This document shows positions 37,126 through 46,490 of a DNA stretch of 64,000 nt, in pieces. The DNA comes from Candidatus Hydrogenedentota bacterium (GTDB lineage Bacteria; Hydrogenedentota; Hydrogenedentia; Hydrogenedentales; JAEUWI01). The first letter of the stretch is position 1. The number at the start of each line of letters is the position of its first letter. The notes beneath the pieces were generated by a model that worked only from the letters and a program-made list of their open reading frames with translations, made no database searches and had not been told where the DNA came from. The stretch is from assembly GCA_034669905.1 (NCBI GenBank), contig JAXMOL010000028.1, forward strand, positions 1 through 64,000, read 5' to 3'. Position numbers and translations under genes: made by a program.

Positions 37126-38088
37126 GTGAAAAAACTGATTATCCAGATCCCCTGCTACAACGAAGAAGGCACCCTGCCCATTACCCTGCAGGAGCTGCCC
37201 CGTGAGGTGGAGGGATTCGACGTGGTGGAGTGGCTCGTCATTGACGACGGCTCCCGCGATGGCACCGTGCAGGTGGCCCGGGACTATGGCGTGGATCACA
37301 TCGTGCGCCTTAACGTGCACCGGGGCCTGGCGCGGGCCTTTATGGCCGGGCTGAATTACTGCATCAAGGCCGGGGCCGACGTCATCGTCAACACCGACGC
37401 CGACAATCAATACAACGCCGAGGACATCCCCCGGCTGGTAGCGCCCATCCTTTCAGGACACGCCGAGTTCGTCGTGGGAGAACGCCCTATCAGCGACATC
37501 AAGCACTTCTCCCTCGCAAAGAAAGTGCTCCAACGGGTGGGCTCCTGGGTAGTCCGCCTGGCGAGCAACACAAGCATCCCCGATGCGCCCAGCGGCTTCC
37601 GGGCCATGACCCGCGATGTGGCCATGGGGCTCAATGTGTTCAGCTCCTATACCTATACGCTGGAAACGGTCATTCAGGCGGGGCGCAAAAACATGGCCAT
37701 CACCTCCGTGCCCATCCGCACCAACCGGGACCTCCGTCCTTCGCGGCTGGTGAAGAGCTCGGCCTACTATATCCGCGTCTCCATCGTGACCACGGTGCGG
37801 ATTTTCATGACCTACCGGCCCTTCCGATTTTTTGTCTTTCCCGGCATTGCCCTCTTCTTTCTGGCCCTCGTTCCCAGCATTCGCTACACGTGGTTTCATT
37901 TCACGGGCGGCGGCGGCGGCCATCTCCAGTCACTCATCCTCGCCGCGATTCTCTTCGGCGCGAGCTTTGTATTGATCGTGGCCGGATTCCTCGCCGAATT
38001 GATGGGCGTAAATCGCCAGCTGCTGGAAGAAATACGCTGGCGCATGCGTGAACATGAATACGAAGCGCAACAGCGCAAGGAAGAGTAG
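37126..38088 (+). CDS. Glycosyltransferase family 2 with C-terminal TM helices
   Basis: IQIPCYNEE, IDDGS.D.T, NTDADNQY, DAPSGFRA; GTG start at 37126. Confidence 0.9.
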   Translation: MKKLIIQIPCYNEEGTLPITLQELPREVEGFDVVEWLVIDDGSRDGTVQVARDYGVDHIVRLNVHRGLARAFMAGLNYCIKAGADVIVNTDADNQYNAEDIPRLVAPILSGHAEFVVGERPISDIKHFSLAKKVLQRVGSWVVRLASNTSIPDAPSGFRAMTRDVAMGLNVFSSYTYTLETVIQAGRKNMAITSVPIRTNRDLRPSRLVKSSAYYIRVSIVTTVRIFMTYRPFRFFVFPGIALFFLALVPSIRYTWFHFTGGGGGHLQSLILAAILFGASFVLIVAGFLAELMGVNRQLLEEIRWRMREHEYEAQQRKEE

Positions 38089-38103
38089 CCCGACGCCCAC
38101 CGG

Positions 38104-39429
38104 CTACAGTACCAGCTTACCCACGGATACCGGCTCAGGCGATGTACCCCCACGGAAACACCAGGCCTCGCCCGTACCGCCCACGACAAATTCGCCGTCG
38201 ACCACCGAGACATACATGCCCTCTGGCAAGGCCAGGACCACCGCGTCAGGGTTTCGAAGGCCAAACTCCTTCAGTCGCTGATCGCGGCTTTCACCCCCAT
38301 GACCTGCCACCCGCCGTGCGGTGTAGTGGGGGTTAATCTGGAAGGGCACGAGCCCCAATCCATCGAAATTTTCCGGACACTCGATGGGCATATCGTTGGT
38401 GGTCTTGATGGTGGGGCCCGCAAGATTCGCCCCGGCGCTCCAGCCCACGTAGATGGCCCCATGCTTCACCGCCCGCCGCAGGGGCGACAGGAGGCCCTCT
38501 CGCTGACAGGCGCTCAACAGGGAGAAGGTGTTGCCGCCGCCCACGATGACACATTGGGCCGAGGCCAGGGCCCCTTCCGTGTCCGCCAGCGTATGAATCC
38601 CCACCACACGGGTTTCGCTCTCGGCAAGGGCTTCGGCCACCATGGCGGTATAGGTTTCATAGCCCATATCCACCGCCGCATAGGGCACAAACAGCGCCTC
38701 GTCCACCTCTTCCAGAACCGTTGCGATGTGGGGCCGGGCCCAACCGAGATAGGGCTCATCGGCCATGGTGGAATTACTCAGCAGTAACAAACGGGGAAAC
38801 ACCGGCGCCCGATTCAGCAGCGCCTGAATACACGTAAGGGCCTTGGAAACGGATGTGGCCACATCGTCCTCGCCAGGCAACACCAGGTCAGCCCGCCCCT
38901 TGCAGGGTTCCACATAGCGATCGTGCATGGGCAGAACCTGCTGCATGAACTGGATCACCACGCTTTCCACCGTCCGTCCACGCTCCGCCACATCCCGCCG
39001 TAGACGGCGCGCAAATCGGACATCGGCGGGCGTATCCACAAAAATGGTCAGCTCACAACAGGCGGCCAGTTCATCGTTGGCCAGGGTATTAATACCCTCG
39101 ACAATAATTACCGGTCGGGGCGCAATGGTCCGCGTTTCCGAAGCGCGGGTGTGCTGGGTAAAATCGTACTGGGGTGCCACGATGGTCTCACCGGCGCGCA
39201 GGGCCTTCACGTGGGCAACAAGCAATTCGCTTTCCTGCGCATCGGGGTGGTCGTAGTTGACCTTCGCCCGCTCTGCCAGGGGCACATCCCGCTGGTCGCG
39301 GTAGTACCAATCGTGTTGGAGGACTACGGCGCGATCGCCCAGGCAGGCCAGCAGGGCTTCCGTGACCGTGGTCTTTCCCGAGCCGGTGCCGCCGGCCAGC
39401 CCCACAATCAGGGGTTGGCGCTCAGGCAT
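38104..39429 (-). CDS. udk/pepE: Uridine kinase - dipeptidase E fusion
   Basis: N-half has GGTGSGKTT, DWYYRD, NYDHPDA, RRLRRDVAERGR; C-half has LLLLSNS, VGGGNTF.LL, GWSAGAN, INPHY, LPEG; one continuous frame. Confidence 0.9.
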   Translation of the reverse strand: MPERQPLIVGLAGGTGSGKTTVTEALLACLGDRAVVLQHDWYYRDQRDVPLAERAKVNYDHPDAQESELLVAHVKALRAGETIVAPQYDFTQHTRASETRTIAPRPVIIVEGINTLANDELAACCELTIFVDTPADVRFARRLRRDVAERGRTVESVVIQFMQQVLPMHDRYVEPCKGRADLVLPGEDDVATSVSKALTCIQALLNRAPVFPRLLLLSNSTMADEPYLGWARPHIATVLEEVDEALFVPYAAVDMGYETYTAMVAEALAESETRVVGIHTLADTEGALASAQCVIVGGGNTFSLLSACQREGLLSPLRRAVKHGAIYVGWSAGANLAGPTIKTTNDMPIECPENFDGLGLVPFQINPHYTARRVAGHGGESRDQRLKEFGLRNPDAVVLALPEGMYVSVVDGEFVVGGTGEAWCFRGGTSPEPVSVGKLVL

Positions 39430-40012
39430 CGCCCAGGGCCTCCGACAACAGCGCCTGAACCGGTTCCGAAAGTGTCAATTTCATCGCGTGTCGCTTCCCC
39501 TGCTCGGACATCTTACTCCAGGTTTTCCGGATAATACCGATCATTTTTTCATGTTCCGTTTTCGCCGCAAAGTCGGCAATATGAAACTCGAGGAACACCA
39601 GGCACGCCGCATCTTCCAAGGCCCGCGTATCCGGGTCGTTGTGGAGATTCTTCTTGTGCAACAGGAAAGACACCCGCTCGATCTCGGCTTCATCGGCCCC
39701 GTGAGCACGCATGATTTCCGCCACCTTCTCGGCATGGAAGTCATACAACCCACGACGCCATGTCAGGTAACCCTTACGATCCATGGGGTAGTCGCTGCGG
39801 GGATGCTCCCAACGGCAAATGTGTTGCCCCCGGGCGGCGATGCGCAGCGCGTCGTCGGCTTCAGGACACAACTCCATCAGCCACGTACTCATCCGCAGGC
39901 CATAGAGCAACTCCTTCGGATGGGCCACCCCGTTCCATTCTTCCTTGTTCGGGTCTGCGCTGTTGGCCGTGTCGATATCGGCCAGAATCGATATGCGTGT
40001 AACCTCGTCCAT
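39422..40012 (-). CDS. DUF4202 domain protein
   Basis: ID.ANS.DPN, ELLYG.RM, AARGQHI.RW..PR..YPM.R.GYL.WR, LEDAACLVFL, KTW.KMS; start 40012 with AAGGAG RBS; 8-nt overlap with udk-pepE. Confidence 0.88.
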   Translation of the reverse strand: MDEVTRISILADIDTANSADPNKEEWNGVAHPKELLYGLRMSTWLMELCPEADDALRIAARGQHICRWEHPRSDYPMDRKGYLTWRRGLYDFHAEKVAEIMRAHGADEAEIERVSFLLHKKNLHNDPDTRALEDAACLVFLEFHIADFAAKTEHEKMIGIIRKTWSKMSEQGKRHAMKLTLSEPVQALLSEALGDA

Positions 40013-40174
40013 GCTGCTCCTTCCTTCAAGTTGGTGTGCCCATTGTACCCCGTATGAGAGCCACAGGGAAACGAAGACGAAGCGCTTCCCGCTCCATTGA
40101 TAACATGCGTCGCCCTCGCCTACCATGGCGGGGTATACCGCGTGAATAACACCCCCTAAGAATGGAGACGTTTC

Positions 40175-41524
40175 ATGACATCCAACCCGTCCTTCTCCCT
40201 CAATCGTCGCCAGCTCCTGATGGCTGCCGGTGGCGCGACGGCCGCCCTCCTCACCGGCATCCCCACCAACGCCGCGCCCATGCCCGACGTCCGGGCGCCA
40301 CGGGCCACGTCGGGCGACACGCGTCATGAGCCCAATTGGGAAGAACGCCTCACCCTTACGGTGGGACCGGATAAGGCCGATATCGTGGGCACCAATGACA
40401 AGGCCATCCAGGCCGCCGTCGATTATATCGCCCGCCTCGGTGGGGGTACGGTGCAGGTTATGCCCGGCACCTACCGCCTGCGCAATTCCATCTTTCTCCG
40501 CAAAGGCGTCCGCCTCCGGGGCAGTGGCACCGACTCCATGCTCTTCAAGGAAGCTTCCCACGAAACGGTATTGGCCGCCGATTCGGATTGGTTCGACCAG
40601 GAAGTGACGCTGGAAAATGCCGACGGCTTCCAGGTGGGCGATGGCGTTATCCTGGAATCAAAGAACCCCCACACCGATGGCGTAGATATCTTATGCCGCA
40701 CCCTCGTGGCCCGCAGTGGCAACCGCTTCAAACTGGACCGGGCGCTGCGGAAAAACTTCTGGACCATGATGACCCCCACGGTCTCGTCCCGCTTCGCCAT
40801 GATTACCGCCGAAGAAACCTCGGGCTTTGCCGTCGAAAATATCGCCCTGGATGGCAACCGGGACAACAACACCAACATCAACGGCAACTATGCCGGTGCA
40901 CTGTGGTTTCAGGATTGCACGGACATCGACCTCAAGGGACTGGATGTGCGCAACTACAACGGCGACGCCATCAGTTTTCAGATTTGCCACGATGTGTCCG
41001 TCGAAGGCTGCGAGATTCATAACAACGCCGACCTGGGCCTCCACCCGGGCTCCGGCTCCCAACGGCCCCGCATGGTGAACAACCGGGTGTCGGGCTCCAA
41101 TATCGGCATCTTCTTCTGCTGGGGCGTCAAATATGGCCTGGCGGAAAACAACCACCTCTCCGAAAACAATTATGGCGTCTCCATCGGACACCACGACGAC
41201 GAGAACCTGGTCATCGACAACGACATCCAACGCAGCCACATCAATGGCCTGGTCTTCCGTCCCGAACGGGGTGAAGGCTTCACGGCCAAGGGCAACCGCA
41301 TCGAAAACAACCGCATCGTGGACACCGGTGGCGATGCGGGCATCGCGGTGGACGTGCAGGGCGTTACCGCCAACAACAGCCTCATACGGAATACGATTAA
41401 GGAGACCCGTGGCCCTGCCCAGCGCACGGGTATCAAGCTGGGTGAAGAGGTGGGCGCCATGGAGCTGGTGGAGAATGCGATAGAAGGTTTTGCCACGGAC
41501 ATCCGTGATCTGCGCAAGGCGTGA
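40175..41524 (+). CDS. Tat-exported right-handed beta-helix (pectin-lyase fold) protein
   Basis: NRRQLL signal; AIQAAVD....GGGTV...PGTY; Asn-rich PbH1-like repeats; GGAG RBS. Confidence 0.85.
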   Translation: MTSNPSFSLNRRQLLMAAGGATAALLTGIPTNAAPMPDVRAPRATSGDTRHEPNWEERLTLTVGPDKADIVGTNDKAIQAAVDYIARLGGGTVQVMPGTYRLRNSIFLRKGVRLRGSGTDSMLFKEASHETVLAADSDWFDQEVTLENADGFQVGDGVILESKNPHTDGVDILCRTLVARSGNRFKLDRALRKNFWTMMTPTVSSRFAMITAEETSGFAVENIALDGNRDNNTNINGNYAGALWFQDCTDIDLKGLDVRNYNGDAISFQICHDVSVEGCEIHNNADLGLHPGSGSQRPRMVNNRVSGSNIGIFFCWGVKYGLAENNHLSENNYGVSIGHHDDENLVIDNDIQRSHINGLVFRPERGEGFTAKGNRIENNRIVDTGGDAGIAVDVQGVTANNSLIRNTIKETRGPAQRTGIKLGEEVGAMELVENAIEGFATDIRDLRKA

Positions 41525-41548
41525 AGGGGGTTGTCAACCTCAAAGAAA

Positions 41549-41896
41549 TTAGCGCAGCCGTTGGCCGCAACCCCAAAAAGCTGAACCACGAATAAACACG
41601 AATTCACACAAATTTTATTGGCCGCAGAAGAACGTAAGGAACGCAGAGACGAAGTATTCTCTACGGTTCGCTATGTCTTTGTGGTGAGAAAGCACTGGAG
41701 GGCAATCAACATGATTGACCACGGATAAAACGGATAGGACGGATGTGTTGAAATGAATACCTACCGCTACTCGGCTTCGCACAATTCATACTCACGATGG
41801 ATTCGTTGAGCCAACGTGCTTTGAGTCTCTGTTCCTCTATCCGTACTATCCGATTAATCCGTGGTCAAAATTCGGAATTTTTCCCGCCCTGATTTA
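41549..41896 (-). repeat. Composite ~350-bp palindromic element, inverted homolog of 20572-20901
   Basis: Contains AACCACGAATAAACACGAAT, GCCGCAGAAGAACGTAAGGAACGCAGAG and GACCACGGATAAAACGGATAGGACGGAT arms, with partner arms for the last two. Confidence 0.88.
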
Positions 41897-42022
41897 AGCT
41901 TCTAACCCTAGAAAAAGGTGATACGAACTCTCGTACTCTATTCTCTCGTCGAATGGATAAGATAACGCGGGAAAGTAGTGCAAAGAGCACAGAAACACGA
42001 AAAGCCCGTCAACTACGTGTGG

Positions 42023-42070
42023 AGGGTGTCCCCTTACGCGGAGGAGCGAAGCGGGGGAGCTTATGGGTGT
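42023..42070 (+). repeat. REP-like element, GGGTGCCACCC family
   Basis: AGGGTGTCCCCTTACGCGGAGGAGCGAAGCGGGGGAGCTTATGGGTGT matches the reverse complement of 436-485. Confidence 0.75.
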
Positions 42071-42129
42071 TCCTATCTCTGCATAGATACAGGGTGCGGC
42101 TGGACAAACAAGAGAACGCAATATTGCGA

Positions 42130-42217
42130 CCGTCATCCCCGCGAAGGCGGGGATCCAGTAGCGCAAACATAGGAAACGATGATACTCCCTGGATTCCCGC
42201 CTTTGCGGGAATGACGG
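42130..42217. repeat. GTCAT(T/C)CCCGC...GCGGG(A/G)ATC-type REP doublet
   Basis: CCGTCATCCCCGCGAAGGCGGGGATCCAG ... CTGGATTCCCGCCTTTGCGGGAATGACGG inverted pair, each arm itself palindromic. Confidence 0.85.
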
Positions 42218-42293
42218 CTTCCGCCCCTCTGAAGAACACCATGAACACACGCTACGTGACCTCGAAAACCAACGACCCGTGGATAGGATTCCC

Positions 42294-43562
42294 ATGAACA
42301 AGCTACATCCCCCATTCCTTCTTGCTGTCCTCCTGCTATCGTTCCCCTTCACCGTGCACGCCGACTCCGCGGCCGCCCGGGCGGAACTCCTCGGACAATT
42401 TGGCGACACGGTCTACCAGGCCCCATCCGTCCACCGCGTGCCCGAAATGGACCAAGGGCCCATCCAGGCCATCTATTATGACGGACTCGATTACGAGGGC
42501 AAGCCCACCCGCGTCTTCGCCTATATCGGCATTCCCGAAGCCCCGGAAGGCAAGCAACTCCCGGGCATGGTGCTGGCCCACGGCGGCGGCGGCACGGCCT
42601 TTCCCCAGTGGGTCCAGGTCTGGTACGACCAGGGCTACGCCAGCATTTCCATGGACCTCACGGGACATCTCCCCTCGGAGGACGGCTGGAAACGGGGCAA
42701 ACCCCACGAGCACGGCGGCCCCCACCACACCGGTATGTTTGACGACGTGGACAAGCCGCGCGATGCACAATGGATGTACCACGCCGTGGCCGACATCATG
42801 CTCGCCAACTCCCTCCTCCGCGCCAACGACACGGTCGACGCGGAACGCATTGGCCTCACGGGTATCAGTTGGGGCGGCGTGCTCAGCAGCCTGACCGCCG
42901 GGGTGGATGACCGCTTCGTATTCGCCGCGCCGGTCTATGGCTGTGGCTACCTTTACGATTCGAAAGGTCACTTTAACCGCATGGGCGCGACGGATGACAC
43001 CGAATTGGAGAAGAAAAAGTACTGGGACCCGGCACGTTTCTTTACCGGTGCCCCAATGCCCATGGTCTGGGTGAATGGCGACAACGACCCCCACTTTTCC
43101 GCGGACGTGTTGACCCGCTCCCATATCAGCGCGGGCCCCGGGTCCACCCTCTCCATCCACCCCCGCATGCCCCACGGCCACGGCCCCGGCTGGGAGATAA
43201 AGTACGTCCCCGAAATCTATGCCACGGCCGACCACCTGCTGAAGGGCGAGGGTACGCCGCTGGCCCGCATTACGGAACAACCAGAAGTCGGCGACGCGGG
43301 CTCCGTCCGTCTCCGCTACGAAAGCGAACAGCCCATCACCGCCGCCACGCTTTACGCCATGGTTGGCCCCTACGAATATGCGACGCCCGAAGGCAAGCGT
43401 CACCTCGATCTCGTGAACCCCTTCGAGGCCCATGACGCAGCCCTCGACGCCGAAAACAAGACCGTCACCGCCACCCTGCCCGAAGGATGCACCTACTTCT
43501 ACCTCAACCTCACAGATGACCGGGGCTGCATCGTGTCGTCCAACGTGATAAACGCCGAATAA
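42294..43562 (+). CDS. Secreted alpha/beta-hydrolase (acetylxylan-esterase-like)
   Basis: Signal peptide; TRVFAY.G.P, HGGGGTAF, GISWGG nucleophile elbow, NGDND.HF, HGH. Confidence 0.85.
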   Translation: MNKLHPPFLLAVLLLSFPFTVHADSAAARAELLGQFGDTVYQAPSVHRVPEMDQGPIQAIYYDGLDYEGKPTRVFAYIGIPEAPEGKQLPGMVLAHGGGGTAFPQWVQVWYDQGYASISMDLTGHLPSEDGWKRGKPHEHGGPHHTGMFDDVDKPRDAQWMYHAVADIMLANSLLRANDTVDAERIGLTGISWGGVLSSLTAGVDDRFVFAAPVYGCGYLYDSKGHFNRMGATDDTELEKKKYWDPARFFTGAPMPMVWVNGDNDPHFSADVLTRSHISAGPGSTLSIHPRMPHGHGPGWEIKYVPEIYATADHLLKGEGTPLARITEQPEVGDAGSVRLRYESEQPITAATLYAMVGPYEYATPEGKRHLDLVNPFEAHDAALDAENKTVTATLPEGCTYFYLNLTDDRGCIVSSNVINAE

Positions 43563-43569
43563 ATAGGAT

Positions 43570-43597
43570 GGGGACCCGGCCAATTGACCGGGTCCCC
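43570..43597. terminator. Terminator-like hairpin between convergent genes
   Basis: GGGGACCCGGCCAATTGACCGGGTCCCC. Confidence 0.7.
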
Positions 43598-43649
43598 GAG
43601 AATCTATCTTGAACGCCATCAGGGCTATGCCCAGGCGGAATACCTGTCC

Positions 43650-43847
43650 CTACTCCAGACCGGTGTACGTAATGGTGCTCGTCTCCAAAGACATTTTCTT
43701 TTCGGTTCGGGCCGCCTCGCGCACCTTCTGCACCGCAGGAAGCAAAAGGCCAATGCCTCCCTTTACCTGCTCCATCTCCTCGTCGGTCATTTCGATTTCA
43801 TCGGACTTCGTGGCTTCGTTCAATTCGTTTACCTTGATGTCTTTCAT
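43650..43847 (-). CDS. 65-aa peptide: double-glycine leader plus a core starting with the DUF1559 pilin-like motif IGLLLPAVQKVREAAR
   Basis: GGAGG RBS 8 nt before ATG; EMTDEEMEQVKGG leader; own promoter-like motif upstream and hairpin downstream. Confidence 0.85.
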   Translation of the reverse strand: MKDIKVNELNEATKSDEIEMTDEEMEQVKGGIGLLLPAVQKVREAARTEKKMSLETSTITYTGLE

Positions 43848-43950
43848 CGCTCATTCCTCCAGTTTCTGATGCGAAACTTGTTCTATTTTCCCTGCAACCC
43901 TGGGCCGAGTCGCTGTCGTGCCCTGCGCACCGTGACGCATGGGAAGTTAG

Positions 43951-43967
43951 AGCGACTATCATGCCAA
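43951..43967 (-). promoter_or_regulatory. Sigma54 (-24/-12) promoter of the 65-aa peptide gene
   Basis: Minus strand TTGGCATGATAGTCGCT has exact GG-N10-GC spacing, about 100 nt upstream of the ATG. Confidence 0.65.
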
Positions 43968-44313
43968 AACTGGATTAGTCTGTAATTCATTGCTATATAC
44001 GCCCTTATCCACATACGCCACATTTCTGACAGCCCGGCATGGCTCTACAAAACGATACCCGATGGTTGCGAACCGATACCCCAACGGATCGAACAACGCA
44101 GGGTCACAACAAAATAGACGTATCCAGGCGCCTACCATTGAATTACTGATTCAAAGGGGTGTCTCCATCCAAGGAATGGTTGTCTATGGAGGGAGCTTTA
44201 CTTGCGGCCAATTGCCACCCACCGCAAGGCACCCGCGATGCGTGAAAAAGAGCAGGTGGAACGGCGTGTCATCCGTCGCGAAATGACCGCCACGGCGGCT
44301 ATCCCACAATCGT

Positions 44314-45183
44314 TCACCCGCCCGTGATGAATTCTACGGCGGTGCGGACCACCGCAGGATCTTTCAGTATCCGTCGATGACCAAGGCCTTCGGTGGCCAT
44401 GTGCTCCCCACGGCGCAAACTCTCGTAGAGGGCATACCCTTCGCTATAGGGCACTTCCCGATCCCCCGTGTCGTGAATCACCAGCGTCGGGGGGTGGTGC
44501 TCCTTGTCATCTCCCAGAAAGGACACCGTCGTGGGGTCGCCGTCAAAGCGTCGGCCCAGATGTTTCAACGCACCGTTATAGATGCTCTCAGGCAACTGAA
44601 GGATCGACCGGAACCGGTGGAGCACGCTGGCCAGGCGGTCGGGCACACCGATGAGCACCACCCGGGCAGGGCGAAATCCAAGGCCCAGGGCATGTTGCGT
44701 TGCTGCCCCACCAAAGGAATGGGCCACCACCCCGTGGATGGGACCGTGGGCAGCCGCGATGGTCATCAACGACGTGGCGAAGTGGTGGCCATCGGTGCGC
44801 TTGCCGTCGGACTTACCATGGGCGGGCCCGTCATAGGCCACGACCGTGTAGCCTGCCGCCACAAGGGGGCGCACAAAGTGACCGAGTTGGGCACCGCGCC
44901 CTTCCCAGCCATGTATCAGCAGCACGGTCGGTCCACGACCCCAACGGTGACCATGGAGTGTCGCGCCTGCGTGGTTAAGGATAAGGGCCTCGCCTTCGGC
45001 CTTGATCTCGGCTTCGAAGCTTGGAGGGGTATAACGGCGGGGCGTGGTAAAGAGACGGCAGGCCAGGCGACCTCCCAATTCGGGGGCCACGAAGGACAAC
45101 ACACGAAATCCCGTACGAAAAACACGCAGCACGCGCCGTTCGCCGGGCCGCATGGGCAGGGCAACAGAGTGGGCATCAGACAT
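44314..45183 (-). CDS. Alpha/beta fold hydrolase
   Basis: LLIHGWEG, DGPAHG.S, AHSFGG, IHD..D.EVP, GLGHRRIL. Confidence 0.9.
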   Translation of the reverse strand: MSDAHSVALPMRPGERRVLRVFRTGFRVLSFVAPELGGRLACRLFTTPRRYTPPSFEAEIKAEGEALILNHAGATLHGHRWGRGPTVLLIHGWEGRGAQLGHFVRPLVAAGYTVVAYDGPAHGKSDGKRTDGHHFATSLMTIAAAHGPIHGVVAHSFGGAATQHALGLGFRPARVVLIGVPDRLASVLHRFRSILQLPESIYNGALKHLGRRFDGDPTTVSFLGDDKEHHPPTLVIHDTGDREVPYSEGYALYESLRRGEHMATEGLGHRRILKDPAVVRTAVEFITGG

Positions 45184-45266
45184 AGCGCATTCACCTCGCC
45201 GTCAATTATACCTACCGTACGGTAGATCGTCAAGTAACCCCAAGTCCCGCCCCGATGAAGAGCAGG

Positions 45267-46490
45267 TCAGTCACTACGGGCGCCATACACGAGTACCCCG
45301 TCGCGCCCCGATTCCGCCAGGTAACCCCGTGCGGCAAAAACATAGCTTTCAGGACCCCTTACCGACACGACGGTATTAAACATGTACAAGGAGGTGGGCC
45401 CCCGTCGTTTCCATTCCCGGGCACCTGCGTCGTCGAGTTTTATCGCCACGGCCCGACTGCGCCCATAGCCCGCCCCTTCCGACCCGGAAAGGAGGTATCC
45501 CCCATCGGCCGTCGGCACCATGCGGTCATAGGAGGCCGTAAGGGTGTCGCCATCAACCGGCACCCGCGCCCGCTCGACTCCCTGCTGGTCGACGGTAATA
45601 AGGATGGACTCCTCAAACACGTCGCCTTCTTTTCCCAGCACGAAGAACTGACCATCCTCCCGCTCCCGAAAATCAGAGGCGGAAATACGGGCCGTGTTTT
45701 CAACAAATCGGGTGGGCCGGGCGAGGATGGTATGCCACCGAACCACCCCCTCGGGAGTCAATCGGGTCAGACTGGGTTCGGATTGCTGGGTGTTATAGAC
45801 GCCGGGCCCATCCACTCCAAGGACCATCAAATCACCATTACGGTATTCCCGTATCCGAATCGCATCTTCAAATTGTGCCGTGCCGTAGGTTTGCGTCCAC
45901 AGCACGTTGCCCGCACCATCCAGTTTCGCGAGGTAGCGATCGGAAACACCTTCCCCAAAGGATTCCGTGAAGCCCGCCAGCACATAGCCCCCATCCCGGG
46001 TCGCCACCACCGATCGGGCACCGTCGAAGTAGCGTCCACCAATGCGGGCGCTCCATTCCTCGGTGCCATCCGCCGCGGCCTTCATAATATACATATCGGT
46101 TCGCCCTGCGGAATCCGACCGCGATAACCCCGCAAGCACGAATCCCCCATCGCCCGACACAATCAATCCGCCCCCTTCTCCTGGCGCCGATTCGGCATAG
46201 GCCCGGGACCACCGCACCGTTCCCTGGCCATCCAGGCGATAGACGACAGGACTGGTGTTCTCCGAATTTTCGCCCACGCCCGTGCCCAACACCAGCACGT
46301 CCCCGTTGCTCCCGACGGCCATATCGGCCACGTCCATCATACCGGGACTGCTGATTCCTCCCATCCAGTCAAGGGTGAGTGAAGGGAGCAAGGCACCGGG
46401 ACAGCCCACCAACCCCATCGCAGCAAGCACCCCTATCAGGCGACGGCCGTAGCCGTGAAACAAGACCTTCTGCACACGATTAATTGCCAT
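45267..46490 (-). CDS. Putative lipoprotein with beta-propeller-like repeats
   Basis: LVGC lipobox-like motif; repeats of T.DGGY.LAG.T.S....D.Y..K.D..G...W. Confidence 0.75.
   Translation of the reverse strand: MAINRVQKVLFHGYGRRLIGVLAAMGLVGCPGALLPSLTLDWMGGISSPGMMDVADMAVGSNGDVLVLGTGVGENSENTSPVVYRLDGQGTVRWSRAYAESAPGEGGGLIVSGDGGFVLAGLSRSDSAGRTDMYIMKAAADGTEEWSARIGGRYFDGARSVVATRDGGYVLAGFTESFGEGVSDRYLAKLDGAGNVLWTQTYGTAQFEDAIRIREYRNGDLMVLGVDGPGVYNTQQSEPSLTRLTPEGVVRWHTILARPTRFVENTARISASDFREREDGQFFVLGKEGDVFEESILITVDQQGVERARVPVDGDTLTASYDRMVPTADGGYLLSGSEGAGYGRSRAVAIKLDDAGAREWKRRGPTSLYMFNTVVSVRGPESYVFAARGYLAESGRDGVLVYGARSD

Noticed and set aside
40013..40561. N-terminal extension of ORF 39422-40561
   Set aside because: Overlaps the beta-helix gene on the opposite strand; DUF4202 starts at 40012 with an RBS
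43650..43847. Lanthipeptide or thiopeptide precursor in a RiPP cluster
   Set aside because: The core has no Cys, and no LanM, YcaO, radical SAM or transporter genes are in the window
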